Below, in pieces: positions 1 to 13,074 of a stretch of 64,000 nt of DNA. A program made the translations under genes and the position numbers. The DNA comes from Octopus bimaculoides. Taxonomy: Eukaryota. The notes beneath the pieces are model-generated. The model searched no databases and was not told where the DNA came from. It saw only the letters and a program-made list of their open reading frames with translations. The stretch's first letter is position 1, and every line of letters begins with the position of its first letter. The stretch spans positions 12,992,195 through 13,056,194 of the forward strand of contig NC_068981.1 of the NCBI RefSeq assembly GCF_001194135.2, read 5' to 3'.

Positions 1-1033
1 ACCGTATTGAGTGCTGTGCAACGTCGGTCGTTGCATATTTCTCTTTTTTGGGATAAAAAGCAGTAAAGACGCATATAGATTTTCATTTTGTAGGCAGACG
101 CTCANNNNNNNNNNNNNNNNNNNNNNNNNNNNNNNNNNNNNNNNNNNNNNNNNNNNNNNNNNNNNNNNNNNNNNNNNNNNNNNNNNNNNNNNNNNNNNNN
201 NNNNGTATATATGTATGTATGTATGCATGTATGTATGTATGTATATGTATATGTACATTATGTATATTCAGTCGCTCATATACCATAGACATATGGACAT
301 ATGTACTTATGTGACACTCACATACACATTAACACGTCCAGGTGTGTGTTTGTGTTTGTGTTTGTGTGTGCATTTGCGCGTGTGATTTCGCGTGTGTGCT
401 TTTGCGAGTGTGCGTCTGCCAGTCTGTTTGGGATTGACGGTCTAGTGTCTGTATGCTCTTAGTTGTGGCTCTATGCGTGCTTCAGTGGCCAATACGAGGC
501 AGGATTCGCCGCGAAGGTTTATAAACTCCTATGACTTGAACAACACTTTATTTCACCCAACAAAAGGAATAATGTTGTATATCATTTTAACTCTTGTGCG
601 AATAGATTTTAATAGTTTTTCATAGAATTTCATTGATTTTTTTTTTTGTTTCATACCATCTTGGAGTCGCTTATGTTTTCATATGTACATTCATGTTTCT
701 CACTTTTTTTAAGTCTGCATTCATCCCCTTTTTCAAGTGCCATATCTTCTCATAGTAGATACAAACTCCTTGTGTAATACTGATAATTATTTCCAAACCT
801 TAATTTGTTTCTTTTACTTCCAGTTCCTTGAGGCAACCGAGGGAAACGTGAATGTACGCGGACACTTTCAACGACATCAGGTTATAGAATATCAAGCTGC
901 ATCTCCTAGAGATATCATTGAGCTTAGGTTGAACGTTGTACTGGGAAATCTACATTTTTCTACTCTGTTTTGCTTCATTTATAACACCTTTTTCTCTGTG
1001 TATATGCGTGTTTGTTTGTGTGTGTTTGTGCTT

Positions 1034-1213
1034 GTGAAAATGCGTGGCCTACCGCTTGCGGCGTTGCACTCACGATCGGCAGATCGTGTGTTCGATTCCG
1101 AACATTTCATCTAACGTTGCTCCAGTTTTCCTTTCGATCAGATGGAAATGCTGGCCAGCACATTGTGAACAGTGACGTATAACATGTGATAACCTGGTCT
1201 GTCAAGTGATCGG

Positions 1214-1217
<4 letters not shown>
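1034..1217 (+). mobile_element. tRNA-derived SINE, degenerate and internally deleted
   Basis: tRNA-like head (tgcgtggcct...gttgcactcacgatc...gtgttcgattcc B-box) followed by acgttgctccag. It shares head and core with the copy at 16178 and ends at a (TA)n tract. Confidence 0.6.
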
Positions 1218-1258
<41 letters not shown>

Positions 1259-1327
1259 GATTTGTGGTTCACTATATTCAATATTTACAAATGTTTCTTA
1301 TAGAAAATTAAAATCTTTTGCTGTAAG

Positions 1328-1613
1328 ATATTTAAAAGCAATCTAATCACATAGCAAGAGATAACAATCAAATGCAAAATCTACAACCAAGCCAGCGGAT
1401 CATCAATCAACTTGTTGATCAACTAACTAGAGATGCACTACATACGTAAAAACAACAACGATAACATGTCCGTTTATCACCAGCATATCAATACAAATAT
1501 AAGCACACACACGTTGAACAGTGTATTCTACAGGTGATGCTTGAGCATCGAACTTACTTTCGCCTGGTTGGATGAAACAAAAGAAAGAACTGATGTATTA
1601 ACAATTACATTAG
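1328..1613 (+). pseudogene. Possible decayed Ig-like domain exon
   Basis: After ttttgctgtaag the frame reads IFKSNLIT*QEITIKCKIYNQASGSSINLLIN*LEMH...NDNMSVYHQHINTNISTHTLNSVFYR*CLSIELTF...DVLTITL. Cys at 1373 and 1538 are 55 codons apart. There are three stops, no Trp at the expected position and no clear donor. Confidence 0.25.
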
Positions 1614-1719
1614 GAGAATATATGAATTATATTGACTTTAGATAATTATCAGAAAGCATTATTTGAAATTGCTTTAGAGCTGAACATCAATTTATAGCAT
1701 CTTGAATTATGCCCTGTAT

Positions 1720-1917
1720 ACCTACTGACCTACCTACCTACCTACCTACCTACCTACCTGACTACCTACATACATACATACCTACTTGGCTAACTACCTA
1801 TATACCTACCTATATATATATATATNNNNNNNNNNNNNNNNNNNNNNNNNNNNNNNNNNNNNNNNNNNNNNNNNNNACATCTTTGTGTACATATGTTTGT
1901 GTGTATGCATTTATATG

Positions 1918-1980
<63 letters not shown>

Positions 1981-2050
1981 TATTTATATTCGCGTGTATA
2001 TATATGCATAAACTTTATGCTGTGTATATACGATACATATACATATGCAT
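1720..2050. repeat. Compound microsatellite (CTAC)n/(TA)n/(CA)n with N-gap
   Basis: Read directly from the sequence. Confidence 0.95.
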
Positions 2051-2199
2051 GAAAGCGTAAGACGGATTTTGTAAATGCCACCAACTGAATAAACAAATAT
2101 ATGCATAGATGTATATGCGTGCTGTTGCTTTAAACTGTGTGCATGTGTACGTGTAAGCGTATAAGCTTGTGGATGTATGTGTTTCTATTTGAGAAACAA

Positions 2200-2359
2200 A
2201 GGGAAATAGATAGACAGATAGATAGATAGATAAATAGAGAAAGAGAGGGAGAAAGAGAGGGAATGAGAGACAGTTAGAGTGAGAGAATGAGAGAAACAGA
2301 GAGAGAGAGAGGGAAGAGAGATAAAGAAAGTGAGACAGATAGACAGAAAGAGAGAAACT

Positions 2360-2390
<31 letters not shown>

Positions 2391-2732
2391 GAGATTTTAA
2401 GAGTAAGAGTCATTGAGAGAATGAGAGGGAAGAAGAGAGAGAGTGAGATAATGAGAAAAACAGAAAGAGGGGGTAGAGAAAGAAATTGAGAGAAAGAGAG
2501 AGAGCGAGAGAGAGCGAGAGAGAGAGAGAGAGAGAATGAGATAGTGAGAGAAAGAAAGTAACGCTGAGAGAGAGAGAGAGCAACACAGAGGCAGGGTGCA
2601 GAGTGAGAGAAAAAAGTATAGAAAGAGAGAGTGAGTGAAACTGAGAAAGAGGAACAGAGAGAGAGGAACAGAGAGAAAGAGAAAGAGAGAGAGAAGGACA
2701 GAAAGAGAGAGTAAGAGAGTAAGAGAGTAAGA
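2200..2732. repeat. Degenerate (GA)n/(GATA)n purine tract
   Basis: About 530 nt of near-pure purines on +. It explains the Ser/Leu ORFs 2015-2758 and 2410-2775. Confidence 0.95.
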
Positions 2733-4375
2733 TTTTTCGTGCAGTAGAAAATGTCCATTTAATGGAATCAGCCACCCGGTTTTAATTTCCTTGAAGTTGC
2801 ATTTATATGCCTTTAAGTCATGAACATTATAATTTTCAATTTCCTATCGCTTATAAAACACAGTTTTGCAGCCTGTCTAAATGGACAGTGTAGTAAATAA
2901 TTTAACAGCTCTGAGACATATGTGCTTCGAATGATAGTTTAACAGACATGTAACGTGCGCTCTGTTTTCAATCTGCATAATAACATAGGACGCGGAGAAA
3001 GGGTTAACCTTTATTTACTTAACTCTCTTATGTAGAGAATGGAAAAGAATATTGGATTTATACAACGATTCAATAGCTTTCAGAAATGAACGTTAAACAA
3101 TTTAAATACATTAATATATTTACATATTTCCGGAAAGTTTAAGGGGAAAATAATAATGCATTAATTTCTTTTTACGATCACTCCAATGAAAATATTTCAA
3201 TTTAAAATTATATAAACCCCCTTGAAGCACAAATTTAATTAATTTATTAACTCTCAAAATAACTTTAGGGAGCGAATCTTTCGAGAGAGCATCAAAACAA
3301 ACGAACACGATTTATATCTAAATCGACTTGAATTAATTCGTCCCTGTATAATATGAAGTGTTTCTTAATATTCTATGAGCACCAACTCTGAAACCGACCT
3401 GCGATATTATTTCAGATCACAGATAACTTTGTTGTATAAATAGACTAAGAGAAGATATACGGGTTGACGTATACAAATCCGGAAGAGATCGCATTAAAAT
3501 TACAATTCTTACGATGCCAGACCGATATATTTAGTGTTAGTAAAATGATTAAATATATTTTCTAATTTAGGTTTCGTATTTTCCCTGATTTCGTTACAGA
3601 CTTCAGTGATAAAATCTTTGAACCGTGTCAAAATTGAATGCCTGGTGATAATGATGACTATGATGATTATGAAGTGTATATATATATATATATATATATA
3701 TACAATTAATTTTAAAAAGCAGAGAAAAGGAAAGCCCACAGAAATTAAAAAAGAAAAACAAGAAGTAGAGGACACAGCACAAGTAGTGTATTAAGNNNNN
3801 NNNNNNNNNNNNNNNNNNNNNNNNNNNNNNNNNNNNNNNNNNNNNNNNNNNNNNNNNNNNNNNNNNNNNNNNNNNNNNNNNNNNNNNNNNNNNNNNNNNN
3901 NNNNNNNNNNNNNNNNNNNNNNNNNNNNNNNNNNNNNNNNNNNNNNNNNNNNNNNNNNNNNNNNNNNNNNNNNNNNNNNNNNNNNNNNNNNNNNNNNNNN
4001 NNNNNNNNNNNNNNNNNNNNNNNNNNNNNNNNNNNNNNNNNNNNNNNNNNNNNNNNNNNNNNNNNNNNNNNNNNNNNNNNNNNNNNNNNNNNNNNNNNNN
4101 NNNNNNNNNNNNNNNNNNNNNNNNNNNNNNNNNNNNNNNNNNNNNNNNNNNNNNNNNNNNNNNNNNNNNNNNNNNNNNNNNNNNNNNNNNNNNNNNNNNN
4201 NNNNNNNNNNNNNNNNNNNNNNNNNNNNNNNNNNNNNNNNNNNNNNNNNNNNNNNNNNNNNNNNNNNNNNNNNNNNNNNNNNNNNNNNNNNNNNNNNNNN
4301 NNNNNNNNNNNNNNNNNNNNNNNNNNNNNNNNNNNNNNNNNNNNNNNNNNNNNNNNNNNNNNNNNNNNNNNNNNN

Positions 4376-4411
<36 letters not shown>

Positions 4412-6144
4412 GATATCAATGGGTATTGTGCAACTACACAAGATAAATATTGAATCACAAATTGTAGTTTAACCCCGAAACGTTCTATATTATGATGCCT
4501 CTTTCTTGATATAGTATCCGACTCTGTCATTGGATGTTTCGCTTCCGTCACTGTTAATCTTATTTCGCCTTCTATCACGACATGCCTTTCATCATAATTG
4601 TCAAATAGATTTTCATCATAGAAATCTTAAATAGTTATGAAACTTTGTTGAGGACACGGATTCTCAAACCATTGTCGATGACAGAAAGGTTTCCCTAAAT
4701 CGATGAGTTCGGTAAAGTAAATACTGTTTAAAAGTTAAGTCAAAGTTTTCTTTCACACTTACTCATTGACAACTAAACTGCCCAAGGCAACAAATCGACG
4801 ATAAAGATAACAATGCTGCAAATACGTTCACTGTGGGACTACAGAAACAAGCGTAACGTATATAACAGTTTGTTGATCTGTGTTATTTATTGTTAAATGA
4901 GTTGGCCAGGACACTAAGCAAAGTGATACATTATAGAAACTTATATAAACGACGAAAAAGTAGCGATAATAAATGAAAGCCAGCATGTTCCATACTTAGA
5001 ATGGTGACATACTAAAGTTGCTAAGCAGTAAATTTATGATTTTCTTCATACGTCAGTGAGATCGCTAAAGAATTCAATGTGTTATTGATTTTGTCTTTGC
5101 TATACAGCAAGTTACTTCGTAATTTTTTGCTTCGCTATTGTGTAATGTTATGGCAGATACCGACAGGAGGATAATTTTAGTAATTCACTTACATTGGTGG
5201 CTGTAGGCAACGGTTTATTTCTTTGATGCGAATGCACTGCATTATGTAATGACAATAGTTGACATGTTTTCTGATGTAGCCTAAAAGATATTTCAATCAG
5301 AGTGTTAACATAATCTGAAATAAATATGCTTCTTAAGTACTTCCTCAGGCAATCGTTAATGCATTATTTAAGAAAAAGCTAAAAATCAAAACTAAAAGGG
5401 AAAACAATGAAAAAAAAAATATCTCTATTTCTCGCAAAGTGTGAATGAAATTTTAGGGTATTTACAATTAAAATGAACAAGACTATAACATGAAAGGAGA
5501 CATTAAAGTAGGATGTATCTCTTATGATAAAAGCTGTTTCTTTAAAAATAAAAAAGGAATATAAATAAATCTTGAACTCAATTTCTTAAAGAAACTCTGC
5601 TTTAACAAGATTCCGATTTCCAAAGAAAAGTTAATTAGTCTACATAAGCTGAAGACGTTAAGCTTTATTTTTTATGCAGGATTTGTCTCATTTAATTAAA
5701 AGACACTACTTTAAAATAAGTAAACTCAATTTGGGAATATAAACACGGATTCTTTATGTAGACTGCTATTTACTGCAGAAACGTTAAGCAGTATATATAA
5801 ACGACAGTTGTGAAGATACCTTTGATCATGTTAAAATAAAGTATATATAGGTGAGGTACTGGCACACGGTAAATTTCAAATATGTATGGCTGTATCTGAC
5901 TCATCGTATTGTATAAAGCTGAGAAGGGGATAAGCTGCTTTACAAGATTGTATATGTAATGTAAAGATTCCATGCATAAATTGAATCTATTTCAACATTA
6001 CTTACTCTGCTGCTGTTCAACGATAAAATGTGACATCATAATATCACCTGATGACAGCTATTCGCTTTTATCCACAAAAGTTTGAGTATTATGTACTTGG
6101 CACATGAAGTAGCGCAGATAAAATTTAACCGGCCTACATCGCGA

Positions 6145-6480
6145 TTATTATGAGGATGATTGTAGCAACGATGACGAAGACGATTGTTGCTGTTGCTACT
6201 GCAGGAGTTGATGTTGATGATGTTGAGGATGATAATGATGATGTAATGACGATGGTGTCGGTGTTGGTGTCGGTGTTGGTGTCGGTGTTGGTGGTGGTGG
6301 TGAAGATAATAACTGAGGTTGTGGTGTTGTACGTAGAGGTTGTAGGGAGAGGTAGTTGTTATTGTTTTTGTAGTGTTGGTGGTAGTGGTCGACGTGAAGA
6401 TGGCGCTTGCAGAGATGGTTCGTCAGCGAGTTGTTGTTAAGATCACTGCTGTGGTTGCTGTTGTTGTTTTTGATGTTGTA
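6145..6480. repeat. Degenerate trinucleotide low-complexity tract (GAT/GTT/GGT) with a 12-mer repeat
   Basis: ggtgtcggtgtt x3 embedded in gat/gtt/ggt triplets. Confidence 0.85.
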
Positions 6481-7029
6481 GCAGCGGACTCCGGGTAACA
6501 AATAGGTTGTTACGTAAACAAAAACTGGGTGTTTGAAGATAACTTCTTTACGCTCATTTCACATCTATACTTAATACTTTTCTGTCACTTCGAAACTTTA
6601 TGAAATTAGTTCCTAGTTATTTTGTGCATTCACTAGCATCACCACATGATGTTGCTTCTTTTCACGTGCCATAATACGTGACATATCACAATTATATTTC
6701 ACATACTTCTTTTTTATATAATTTCAGCATTAAAAGACTGATTCGTATAAACCACAAACACATCTTTTGCACTGTGAATAGTCAGTGTGGAGACACAGCA
6801 CAGCACAATGGAGGCTGGTATGTAGAGTATAAGCACTATGATCATTATAGACAGTATCGGGTGGCATACAAAGTATAGACATAATACATTATGTAGATAT
6901 CATAGGCATCAAGCATGGTGAAGAAATTTAGCGGCAGAAGGAATGAAATTTGTATATATTATATTGTTTCTAAGATAATAATGCTCGTCCGCTGTTGTCG
7001 CCGTTGACCAAGTACATCATATTGAAGAA

Positions 7030-7300
7030 GAAGCTAGGTCACAGTGTGTTCTGCTGTTGCCCCTCAGTTCAATGCGTGCTCAAAAGAGTCTGCTGCAGGT
7101 CGGACACTGTTGGTCTCCTGAGAATGAAGTTGGATCGGGACTTGCGCAGCCAATGTTTCCTTCTGATCCCGTGATCCAGTTACGTTCCTAAGTGGGAGTA
7201 TAAACGCATACGAAAGAACTAAGTATCCTCTATAGGCCATGTCCAGTGCTCTGCCATGTTAAAAGGGACGACTGATCGGCAAAGGACACGGTTGAGAAAC
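7030..7300 (-). mobile_element. RTE-clade LINE 3' relic
   Basis: The minus strand reads QCPTCSRLF*ARIELRGNSRTH, resembling the C-terminal zinc-finger-like motif of RTE ORFs (CxxCxRxFxxRIGLxSHxRxH). Confidence 0.6.
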
Positions 7301-7431
7301 GGAAATATGGAAAATACGAAATAGTGCAGAAGGAGGACTTGTATTGGGACTGGAATTACGGACCTGAAGAAATAAATAGAATATAGAGCGTAATTAAAGT
7401 ACGAAGAATAAAAGTATAATTTAATGGTGTA

Positions 7432-7469
<38 letters not shown>

Positions 7470-7600
7470 TACGAAGTGGTATGAAAACGTTCCCGGACTA
7501 GTTCTGTAGAGTGCCAAACGATCGCAGCACACGGTTGAGTGCGCAGTGAGAGCTAACACTGACCTTCATGCTGATGTCTACAAGCTCTTAACGCTATAGA
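7470..7600. mobile_element. Mariner-type terminal fragment
   Basis: Begins tacgaagtggtatgaaaacgttcccgga, a mariner-like TIR start next to (TA)n. No partner TIR was found. Confidence 0.4.
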
Positions 7601-7781
7601 GGCAATCTGCCTTCTGAAATCTCAGCTACACATTAAATGTCTTAAATTCGTATTTTATTTCAATTATCGAAGTTATAAATTTTAAAATAACAATTTTATT
7701 TTGGTTTTTGGGAATTCATTATAGATATGCAGTTATTGTGTATAGATACACTAATCCAAAATTAAATTTATGCCTCTTGTA

Positions 7782-8003
7782 TATGAGAGGATGTTGAAAA
7801 TTTCTTGGCTTTAAGGTTATCGTGGAAAGATTGGCTGGAGGCCCAACTTGTCGAGTTCTTTTACAGAGCTTAGAACAAGTGCAGGACTGCTGCAATAAGT
7901 GTGTGAATTGTTTTAGGGAAATGTGTTGAATAAAATATTAATTAACTGATCCTCTTGTATTTCATTTTACAGAAAGCCCGGAAATTTCCAGCAACCCATC
8001 ATA
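7782..8003 (+). mobile_element. Mariner-derived MITE, ~220 bp
   Basis: Imperfect 31-nt TIRs: tatgagaggatgttgaaaatttcttggcttt versus the reverse complement of aaagcccggaaatttccagcaacccatcata. TA lies at both ends. The interior caataagtgtgtgaattg...gttgaataaaa resembles the transposase C-terminus. Confidence 0.75.
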
Positions 8004-8069
8004 TACTTGCAACATTGCTGGCACTGAGCCATGATTTCAATCATTCAATACAAATATATGCCACGGTTT

Positions 8070-8111
<42 letters not shown>

Positions 8112-8949
8112 ATATCTAGAATTTTCCTCCTCAGGACAAAACGGTTTTTAGGGTTGATTCCAAATAAGGCAAGCATCCACACTGAAGAATAATTGGCTTT
8201 CTTATCACTTATAGCAGGAATATTTGACTTTGTTATCGTCTATAGCACACGACACTACACCCATCTAGATGTTTTCCTTCAATTCTAGTGACGACAATCT
8301 GTAAAGCATATTTGATAATTCTGTAAAATTTCCCTGTCTAACCTAACACAATTTAAAGCATGAGCGCGTATATACATATATATATTAGAAAGAAAAGTAA
8401 CTAAATATTTTTAACACATTTTAATGCAATTTATTGAATTTGAGCTCATAAAACAATTGTTCAGAACATTAAGATTTAAAATTAGATTATTGATCAAAAC
8501 TCTGGTAATTTCTGTCAAAATCTCAGCATTCATTTGGCAAAAAAGCAGACACATTACACGTCATATACATGACCGAAAATACAGATGTTGTTTCAGTTAT
8601 AAATACGTTATATTAGATCATGAATGTGTTAAGTATTCAGGTCGATGGTATCAAATTCTAGTTAGTGGCAACACTTTCACTTAAAACAATGATATTTAAT
8701 TCATGTATATTGGAACACGAGACTTTAATATCACCATTATGGAGCTACTAAAAGCAATTTCATTTCAACATTTAATTCCATTAACATTGTGTACTCCACC
8801 GTGGTCCACAGAGAAATAAAAGTGGAATCCGGCTTTATATCACGAAACGGTGATTTTATTTCTCGCTATATCAATGTAGTTTTAATAATGCAACAAGTAG
8901 TATTTATAGTTCAATGAATATCACAAGTTTTGTTCCTCAACAAAACTTT

Positions 8950-9339
8950 TGAAATGTGGACCGTAGTATTGTCTGCCCATTTCAGACGATTTTGTATGAG
9001 TATTTTGTTTAAAAGAGGTATTTTAACTGATGGTATTGTCTTAGCGACCATTTTCAGAATACAACACCGGGGAGTACTGGACACGGTTGTTTCTACAACG
9101 CGTTTGAAGACCTGGTTTCTTTACAGCTCCACGCTTAATTCGTGACAGAGAATGTTCCAAAACAGCCCTTGAATGTCCCTTTTTCGGCTGTCTTACGTAT
9201 CGTCGTAGGAGCTGTAACAGATTTCTTTTCATAATTTTGTAATATCTTCGAATTCTTTTAGAAATGTTGAATTACTTTTTGAAAGTTCAGAAGTAATAAC
9301 AGCTTTCACTGAAGCACTTAAATCACTTTTATGACCCAT
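8950..9339 (-). mobile_element. Tc1-like transposase N-terminal relic
   Basis: ATG at 9339 gives MGHKSDLSASVKAVITSEL. After frameshifts it reads PRCCILKMVAKTIPSVKIPLLNKILIQNRLKWAD, matching the Tc1 HTH region and the P.L...R..WA segment. Confidence 0.7.
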
Positions 9340-9669
9340 GATAACACCATTGTTAGACCACTCAGAAATGATAAGGGACACTGAAAGTTCGTGGAAATCT
9401 TACAAATAGCCACGGTTTATTTACAATTGTGCGAAACCTCATGTTTTTATATACTACCCGCATAAAACGGTGCCATTTTTCTGTGGAAACTTCGTTTAAT
9501 TCCAACTAGTAGCTTTTGAACAAAATAAGCAAATGTTACGTCGTTACTAATTTGAAACGCAGTGTGTGTGTGTGTTTGTGTGTGGGTGTGTGCGTGTGTG
9601 TGTAAGGGAATCTCTTGTCGTGAACAACAAATGAGGGTTGAGTGAAATAACGCGTTAATCATGTTCTAG

Positions 9670-10425
9670 GGTCACAAATGTGTCTCTTGAGTCCCGCTGG
9701 TGCCTTGCAGACCTTTTGACAAATGGCAGAAGTTGATGGAGTTAGTTTCCTTGAGTGCTTCTGGATTATTTTCTATGTGCTTTCTTGAGTGAACGGCAAG
9801 GCCTGCTTTGCTTGGTGGTAGAAAACCATAATGACAGGTAAGGTTTCCATTTAGAAAGCAGTGTTTCGCTAGCGTGTCTACATGCTTGCACGAAGTTTGA
9901 GTCATCTTTGCTCAAATCTATGAAGTGAAGAGAAGCAGGACTGGCACCACGGTCGCATCGCTTCAGATTGTATTTTAGTTTGTCTTGGAAGCGCAAGAGT
10001 GGCATTCCAACTCACCTTCTTGTTGGGAATTGACTAAATAGAAATTGCATCGGAATTCTGATATCACTCATACATGAGAGATGACCTGACCATCTGTGCT
10101 GTATTTTGATTAGAATGGCTTCAATGCCTGATATGCTGCATTTTGTTTATGCCTCACTGTTTTGAATATGGTCAAACTGTTACATATTGGAGATAGTAAG
10201 CAAGCATCGTATACGAGAAGCGTCAATCTGTTTGATGTAGTTTCGGTACAGAGTTCAAGATTCAGTACTATAAAGCAATGTTGTCACGACCACCGACATA
10301 CACACATCGACTTTCACATTCAGCGATACGGCCTGGATGTTCCAAACCTGTGATAAAGAATCACGAAAGCGGATTTAGCCTTCCTGATTGTTGACTCAAT
10401 TACTTTATCCGTCTTAGCATCACTG
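9670..10425 (-). mobile_element. RTE-clade LINE 3' relic
   Basis: DAKTDKVIESTIRKAKSAF resembles D..I..RI.KA..AF, and PLLRFQDKLKYNLKRC resembles the P..R.KD..K..LK motif. Confidence 0.75.
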
Positions 10426-11250
10426 TGTGCGTATAAGTACACACACATGCACACATACTCACTCACACACACATACACATATATTTGAAGGAATATTGTA
10501 CGTTTTACACTAAAAACTGGCAAGAAGTTTAGCGTTCGGTTCACGAGTCTTTCGGGAATAGAGCATAGAAGACATCTAGAGGAGAAATATGAATAACAAA
10601 AAGAGGTTGAAAACGAACGTAAATTTAGGTATCAAGGGGGAATGCGTTTCTATTTGAGAGACAAGGAAGAAGGAGTTGATAAAGTGTGTGCACGCATAAG
10701 AGCGCAACCGCGTTTAGAGGTTGGTGGAAGCCAGGAGTGATCTGGGTGTAGCCTTTGTTTTATGCATGTCTATAGATGTGTGCAACTATGAAAGTATATT
10801 AATTTGATGAAAGTATTAGGAAGGAGTTAGTGTGTGTTTAATCGTTAGGGGTGAGTGTGTGAGTGCGGGTGTGTGTATGCGGGTGTGAGCTGACGGTGGA
10901 AGTGAAAATGGTGGGAGAAATAAGGGGAATGTAAGTTAGAAGTGTAGAGATGAGAGATGCGGTTAGAATGTTACGAACAAGGAAGTATAATGTAGATGGG
11001 ATAGTGAGTGTTAAGAAAGTGAAAAATCAGAAATGCAAAAAAGGCAATATAATACTAGTGGGGAAAGGAACAAGAGTGAAATACTGTGCGTTTTAGGAGA
11101 GGAGAGGATTGACAGAAATTTGGAATAAAAGCGGGAATGAATGAAAGACAAATAATTACAATTAAGCACCCATTAAATAATATATAAATATTTATATTTC
11201 TGAATCTCTATAAAGGAGACTACAGCAGGAGTACTGGATAATTAACAGTT

Positions 11251-11566
11251 ATCGCCAAGCTAAAATGGCAGTCCAGAAAAATAGGACAAATGCTGCCGTT
11301 GATTAGCTCCAAGAGGCTATTGCCTCTAGATAGCTATGTGACACACAACCCTGTGTCCATAATAACCTTCGAACAGGGGAGGTCAGCAGCTTCCCCTTGC
11401 TGACCCCGACCTAGTCTGTGAATGTTGAACCAGTAAGAGGAAGCTGCTGACCGCCCCTGTTCGAAGGTTAGTGTGTCACCTAGCTAGCTAGACGCGATGG
11501 CCTCTTGGAGCTAATCAACGGCAGCATTCGTCCTATTTTTATAAACTGCCATGTTCGCTCGGCGAT
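11251..11566. repeat. Fold-back inverted repeat (MITE-like)
   Basis: Arm 11251-11394 matches the reverse complement of 11439-11566. The left arm carries a ~16-nt insertion and the spacer is 44 nt. Confidence 0.95.
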
Positions 11567-11654
11567 GTCCTGTGGTTTGCATTTATAATTGTGTACCATT
11601 TCTCTGTTTTTCTCCGTTCACTGCTTTCTTCCTAGGAATCTAGTGACCTTAGCT

Positions 11655-11820
11655 TAAATGTTCCTTGGGGCTGGCTCGATTGGAGGAGTCTCGAGTATAA
11701 CCAGCCGAAACTGCAAAGATAATCCGGAACTCGACTGAGGAAAGAAAACTCCTAATAACCTGTCCTTGTTTTTTTTCTTTCCTTGTTTTGTATCATCTGT
11801 CTCGATGTTAGCGTTCTTGT
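11655..11820 (-). repeat. Unclassified interspersed repeat, inverted copy of 22305-22450
   Basis: The reverse complement aligns with acaagaacgcaaaacatccagatagacgatacaaagagaacaaggacaggtcattcggagttttctttcatcagtcgag at 22.3 kb. Confidence 0.8.
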
Positions 11821-12589
11821 NNNNNNNNNNCGCCATTATTGACCGCTAACTACAAAAGTCTTTTTATTCTTTCTCTGTTTATTTCTTTGTTTTCCTCTCT
11901 GTTGAAGACCGTAGACCCGAAATGTAAAAGATTTCCTCACCTTCCTGAGCGTCAAACTAATACACCTGCTTGTTGTTTATTCACCTGTCTTCGTCTTTTG
12001 TTTTTCTGTAAATTGCAACTATATATAATTATAGATATATTTATTTTTATTATTCAGCCATCGTTTACACTGCCCCCTTACAAAGAATTAATCCATCAAA
12101 TACTATTTTTAGTTTAGTTATTGACTTAATGTCTCAAAGAGATACAAAATGAAATGGTAGGATTCCAACCATATTCAACTTTCCCTTTTTCTACTCTAGG
12201 CTCTTTTTTTTCCCCCTCACTCTGATGAAGCGCCATGTTTCAGATAAGTTTTATTACCAAATATGATGAATATTTTTAGTATACCATTGACAATACCAGA
12301 CAACATCGGAAGAGGTATCAGCTGTTACATGGGATACAGTCTATTTGTATTGAGTTATTACGTGATAATGGATGTAAGTCAATTGTTGCTAATCAATATT
12401 GCTCCATTTTTGTTTACTTTATGCATGCATACATACACACGCACAACACATACACATATATGTGAGTGTGTGTGTGTGTGCACATACATACACATAATAT
12501 ATATCTTTTAGCTCTTCTATTACTCGTTTCAGTCATCTCAGTAGTCTTTTAGACGAACAAATCGTCAACAGGGTTTGAAGCTTATTCTA

Positions 12590-12810
12590 GTACTTCTTCT
12601 ATCGGTCTCTTTGGCGGATACGTTAAGTCACAAGAACTTAAACTCACGGAAAGCTGTCATCAAGTGGTGTTGGAGGACAAACACAGACACAAACATACAC
12701 GCATATACATATTTATACACATACACACACTTATATGTATGTATATATATTCGACGGTCACCCCCACCAGTTTTTGTGAAGCAATCTTCTTACGACACAG
12801 CCAGTGCATT
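12590..12810 (-). mobile_element. tRNA-derived SINE, internally deleted
   Basis: Head ggctgtgtcgtaagaagattgcttc on minus (same family as 21400). The tail reads ctatcggtctctttggcgga...ggacaaacacagacac on +. Confidence 0.6.
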
Positions 12811-13074
12811 TAATGATCATGTTACTGACTGCATGGATGGAATATACACTGAATTTAACTTCATTCTTGTAACTTAGAAAAATGCGATTGGATCGTGGAT
12901 GAATAATAGGCAGATGTTCAGCTAAAACAACAATATTGCGAATGGCATCCATCTTCATCATGCTGAAGAAAATGAATGGGGAAAACGATAAACGATTAGT
13001 TCAACAAAGCCACCTGGGATACAGAATTGTGTGTCGATCGTTTGAGAAACTATTAATCAAGAATATTCTTTCTA

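Noticed and set aside
823-930. Strong + strand acceptor with an open frame FLEATEGNVNVRGHFQRHQVIEYQAASPRDIIELR
   Set aside because: The donors are weak, no family was recognised, no partner exon was found, and the antisense frame is equally open. Left unresolved.
2015-2775. Ser/Leu-rich 247-aa and 121-aa ORFs
   Set aside because: They are translations of the (GA)n tract.
5779-5850. AG...GTGAGG-bounded segment resembling an exon
   Set aside because: Stops in all three frames and no other support.
6135-6360. Minus-strand Thr/Ser-rich stalk plus a transmembrane-like stretch (AVATATIVFVIVATIILIIIAM)
   Set aside because: Explained by decayed ATC/GTC/ACC triplet repeats. There is an upstream stop and no good acceptor.
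12794-12962. Minus-strand exon candidate with a strong polypyrimidine tract and GTAAGA donor
   Set aside because: The donor is part of a SINE head (tcgtaagaag) and the peptide was not recognised. Exonisation cannot be excluded.
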